From positions 1,664,001-1,728,000 of the forward strand of contig CAXXLL010000002.1 of NCBI GenBank assembly GCA_963662545.2: 64,000 nt of DNA. Direction: 5' to 3'. Below, one piece after another: positions 61,177-64,000 of this stretch (positions are counted from its first letter, which is position 1; the number at the start of each line of letters is the position of its first letter). Under the pieces are notes generated by a model, which worked only from the letters and a program-made list of their open reading frames with translations, ran no database searches and was not told the DNA's origin. The translations under genes and the position numbers were made by a program. This DNA is from Gammaproteobacteria bacterium (lineage in GTDB: Bacteria > Pseudomonadota > Gammaproteobacteria > Ga0077536).

Positions 61177-62521
61177 GGACCCCCTCCTTCCTGAAGCGGT
61201 CATAACGGGCGCAGTCTGCAACCGGCGGTTCGTTGAGTTCCAGGTGGGCCGGGATGGTGACGATTTCGGGACTGGCTTCCTCATGTTGGCGGGCCAGCAG
61301 GTTGATGATGACGTCGCGGCTCACCGAGCCGTTGCTCCGTGCCTCGTTGCAAGCATCGGCAACGGCATCCAGGCCATAGCCTGGTAGGCAGGCGAGGATG
61401 TCGACCAGTTGCCGATCCCAGTCGGGATAATGCTTCAGCCGCTGCCAGGTGCGATGAATGGAGCGGGGCAGATCCCAGTCCTTGAACGGTGCGCCGTTGC
61501 GTAACGCTCCGGGCTTCTTCTGCAGCACCGGCAGGTAATGCCACGGGTCGAAGATCATTTGATCGCGCTGGAAGCAGCGTGAATGCTGGGCCACGCACTC
61601 GCCACCGTGCATCACCACGATCTTGTCGGCATAGCTTCTGAGCTCAGCGGTCCGACCGGGCGCTTTGCAAGCGACGCTGTAGCGATTGCGGTCAAAACTC
61701 ACCAGCGAGGTTGAACTGACGCGCACGGTACGTTCGGCATAACCGTCAAAGGCCCGTGGCAATGTCAGTAACGAAGGTCGTTCAGACACAAAGACGGACC
61801 ATACTGTCTGATCCTTGAGGACTGGGTGACGCTGATTCTTCACCCACTGCAGGCACTCCGCCCGTAGTGCGTGGTTGAGATCATCGAGGCTCGCGGCTTT
61901 GCGCGTGGGCGTGAACAATCGCCGTCGGACCGTGCGCACCTGGTTCTCCACCTGACCTTTCTCCCAGCCCGCGGCCGGCGTACAGGCCACCGGCTCAAAA
62001 AGGTAATGACTGGCCAGTTCCTCGAAGCGGCGGTTGAAGTCGCGTTCCTTGCCTCGCAGGATGCGGCACACGGCCGTCTTCATGTTGTCGTAAATGCCGC
62101 GCCGGGTGACGCCACCGAAAAACTCGAAGGCTCTGCGATGGGCATCGAACACCATCTCCTGTGACTCGCGAAGATAAGCGACGGTCAGGAACAGTCGGCT
62201 GTGACACAAGCGGAGGTGGGCAATCTTCACGTCGGTCATGGCCCCGGCAAAGACGATCTTCTCGTGGCTCCAGTCAAACTGGAAGGCCTCGCCGGGCTCG
62301 AATACGAGTGGGATGTAGGCGTCGGTAGGACTTCCCTGATGTTCTGCCCGCCAGTTCTTCACAAAACGACGCACGCTATCGTAAGCACCGCGGTAACCTT
62401 CGGCCTGCAGTGCCTCGTAGTAACCTTGCGCTGTACGCCGTTGCTTCAACGGCAGAGGCTGATCGTGCTTCAACAACGTCGTCAATGTATCGATAAACGG
62501 ACCGAGCTTGGGTCGGTGCAC
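61166..62521 (-). pseudogene. istA: IstA transposase lacking its N-terminal HTH
   Basis: FQFDW, YDNMKTAV, AGWEKGQVE. Confidence 0.85.
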
Positions 62522-62608
62522 CGTAACCGGTCAATCCAGGCCGTTATTCACGGTCTCGGGCAGATGGTTTAGTTTGCCAGGTTTCCCAGTCAATCGGGAG
62601 CTTGGTAA

Positions 62609-62899
62609 ATGAATGATCACGGAAAACCTCGGAACAAACGACGTAGTGCGGATGAGTGGCGTGGCCTATTAGCGGAGCAGGCACAAAGCGGTTCATCGAT
62701 CCGCGCATTCTGTGCTGAGCGAGGAATTGGATATTCGACGTTCAGTAAAAGGAAGTCGAGGTCAGCGAGGGACGCTCAGATAGGGAAGGCGGAAACACGT
62801 TTCGTCGAGTTGGCCCCGTTACAACCATTAACCAATGCACAATGGGATATCGAGTTAGCGCTCGGTGATGACATCGTGCTACGTGTGTCACGGCACTGA
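62609..62899 (+). CDS. tnpA: IS66 accessory protein TnpA
   Basis: W..LL..Q..SG.SIRAFC..RGI..STF, FVEL. Confidence 0.8.
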   Translation: MNDHGKPRNKRRSADEWRGLLAEQAQSGSSIRAFCAERGIGYSTFSKRKSRSARDAQIGKAETRFVELAPLQPLTNAQWDIELALGDDIVLRVSRH

Positions 62900-63267
62900 T
62901 GTGGTCGCCCCCATCGGGTTTGCGTATATGGTTATGTCGGGCACCGACTGATATGCGTCAATCGTTCCATGGTTTATCGGCGTTGGTGCGGCAGGCGTTA
63001 CACGAGGAGCCCCTCGATGGGGCACTGTACGTTTTCGTCAATCGCCGGCGTACGTTATTAAAAGCGCTGTACTTTGAGTCGGACGGATATTGTCTGTGGA
63101 GTAAGAAACTCGAACGCGGTCAGTTCCAGGTTCGGTGGAATAGCGAGGTCAAACAGCGGCTGCAACGCAGCGAATGGCAGTGCATTATTGAAGGGATCGA
63201 TCTACGCTCAGTGCGTCGATTAAAACGGTTTCGATTACCGGAAAACGATCGACGGTCAGCAGTGTAA
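62899..63267 (+). CDS. tnpB: IS66 accessory protein TnpB
   Basis: PTDMR.SFHGL, VFVNRRR, KKLERGQF. Confidence 0.9.
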   Translation: MWSPPSGLRIWLCRAPTDMRQSFHGLSALVRQALHEEPLDGALYVFVNRRRTLLKALYFESDGYCLWSKKLERGQFQVRWNSEVKQRLQRSEWQCIIEGIDLRSVRRLKRFRLPENDRRSAV

Positions 63268-63285
63268 ACGGTACAATACGTACCC

Positions 63286-64000
63286 ATGAATGGGGGTTAT
63301 GCAACGCCGGAAATATCACTTGATGCGGCGGTGTTACAAGCGGAAAACACAGCCCTCAAAACGCAGGTCGCCACACTCACCCAACAACTCGACTGGTTCA
63401 AACGCCAACTGTTCGGTCGCAAGTCTGAACGGCGGCTGATTGATCCCAATCCCGATCAACGGTTACTCAATGGCTTCGAGGATGAGTCGTCATCGACGGC
63501 GGCGGTTGAGAAAGAAACGATCACTTATCAGCGGCGCAAAGGAAAGCGCCGTGGCGATGATTGTGTGACTGATCAAGGGTTACGTTTCGATGACTCGGTG
63601 CCGATTGAATGCATCCAATTGTCGGTACCTGAAGATGTCGCGGATGCGTTTGAAGCGAGCAGTGAAAAGATCACCTATCGTTTAGCGCAACGGCCGGCGG
63701 CCTATGTGGTCTTGAAGTACATCCAACCGGTAGTGAAGCGCAAAAGCGACGGTCAGATCTTCACGATCCCGGCGCCCGATGGTCTGTGGTCCGGCTCATT
63801 GGCGGATGTGAGTGTGGTTGCGGGGATGCTGGTTGATAAGTTCGCTTATCACCTGCCGCTGTACCGTCAACATCAACGAATGGGGCTGAACGGCATTACC
63901 GTGGCGCGGTCGAGTCTGACGCACTGGGTGCAGAAGGCAAGTGACCTGTTGAAGCCGATTTATCTGGCGCAGTTGCGGCATATCTTGTTATCGAAGACGC
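63286..64000 (+). CDS. tnpC: IS66 transposase TnpC (partial)
   Basis: KRQLFGRKSER, DKF.YHLPLYRQ; open to window end. Confidence 0.9.
   Translation, partial: MNGGYATPEISLDAAVLQAENTALKTQVATLTQQLDWFKRQLFGRKSERRLIDPNPDQRLLNGFEDESSSTAAVEKETITYQRRKGKRRGDDCVTDQGLRFDDSVPIECIQLSVPEDVADAFEASSEKITYRLAQRPAAYVVLKYIQPVVKRKSDGQIFTIPAPDGLWSGSLADVSVVAGMLVDKFAYHLPLYRQHQRMGLNGITVARSSLTHWVQKASDLLKPIYLAQLRHILLSKT

Larger units (their letters stand above)
60374..62522 (-). mobile_element. IS21 family element truncated by IS66
   Basis: Terminus TGTAAATAGGCATCGAAAACTGACCCA with internal repeat; istA 5' end interrupted. Confidence 0.88.
62523..64000 (+). mobile_element. IS66 family element (continues beyond window)
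   Basis: Begins GTAACCG; tnpA-tnpB-tnpC order. Confidence 0.9.

Noticed and set aside
62899-63267. TnpB as an RNA-guided nuclease
   Set aside because: This is the short IS66 accessory TnpB, unrelated to IS200/IS605 TnpB

Overview
GC-rich proteobacterial-type chromosomal segment with two halves. 1-26.4 kb is mostly intact accessory metabolism and redox genes: hydantoinase B, FAD oxidase, hydrolases, MOSC, an APC permease, a persulfide dioxygenase-rhodanese fusion, DsbA, an LLM monooxygenase, a TetR/AhpD-like/Grx/OsmC stress block, SDRs, a MaoC pair, DUF1329-like proteins, GSTs and a cold-shock protein. 26.4-64 kb is a decaying island full of nested IS3, IS6, IS21, IS256, IS1182 and IS66 elements. 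It also holds a group II intron 3' remnant split by IS1182, a phage-portal-like remnant and several AT-richer candidate defence genes (an MBL hydrolase plus membrane protein pair, and a HEPN-motif protein). The most notable locus, about 52.9-58.3 kb and bracketed by two directly oriented IS6 copies, is a bacterial ubiquitination-like (Bub-type) operon: Ubl-E2 fusion, JAB-E1 fusion and DUF6527-like protein. Divergent from it are a sigma-factor-like gene, a small ORF and a 454-aa protein with a proteasome-beta/Ntn-hydrolase Thr1-Asp17-Lys signature. No rRNA, credible tRNA or CRISPR array was seen. All family calls come from motif recognition only; no database searches were run.
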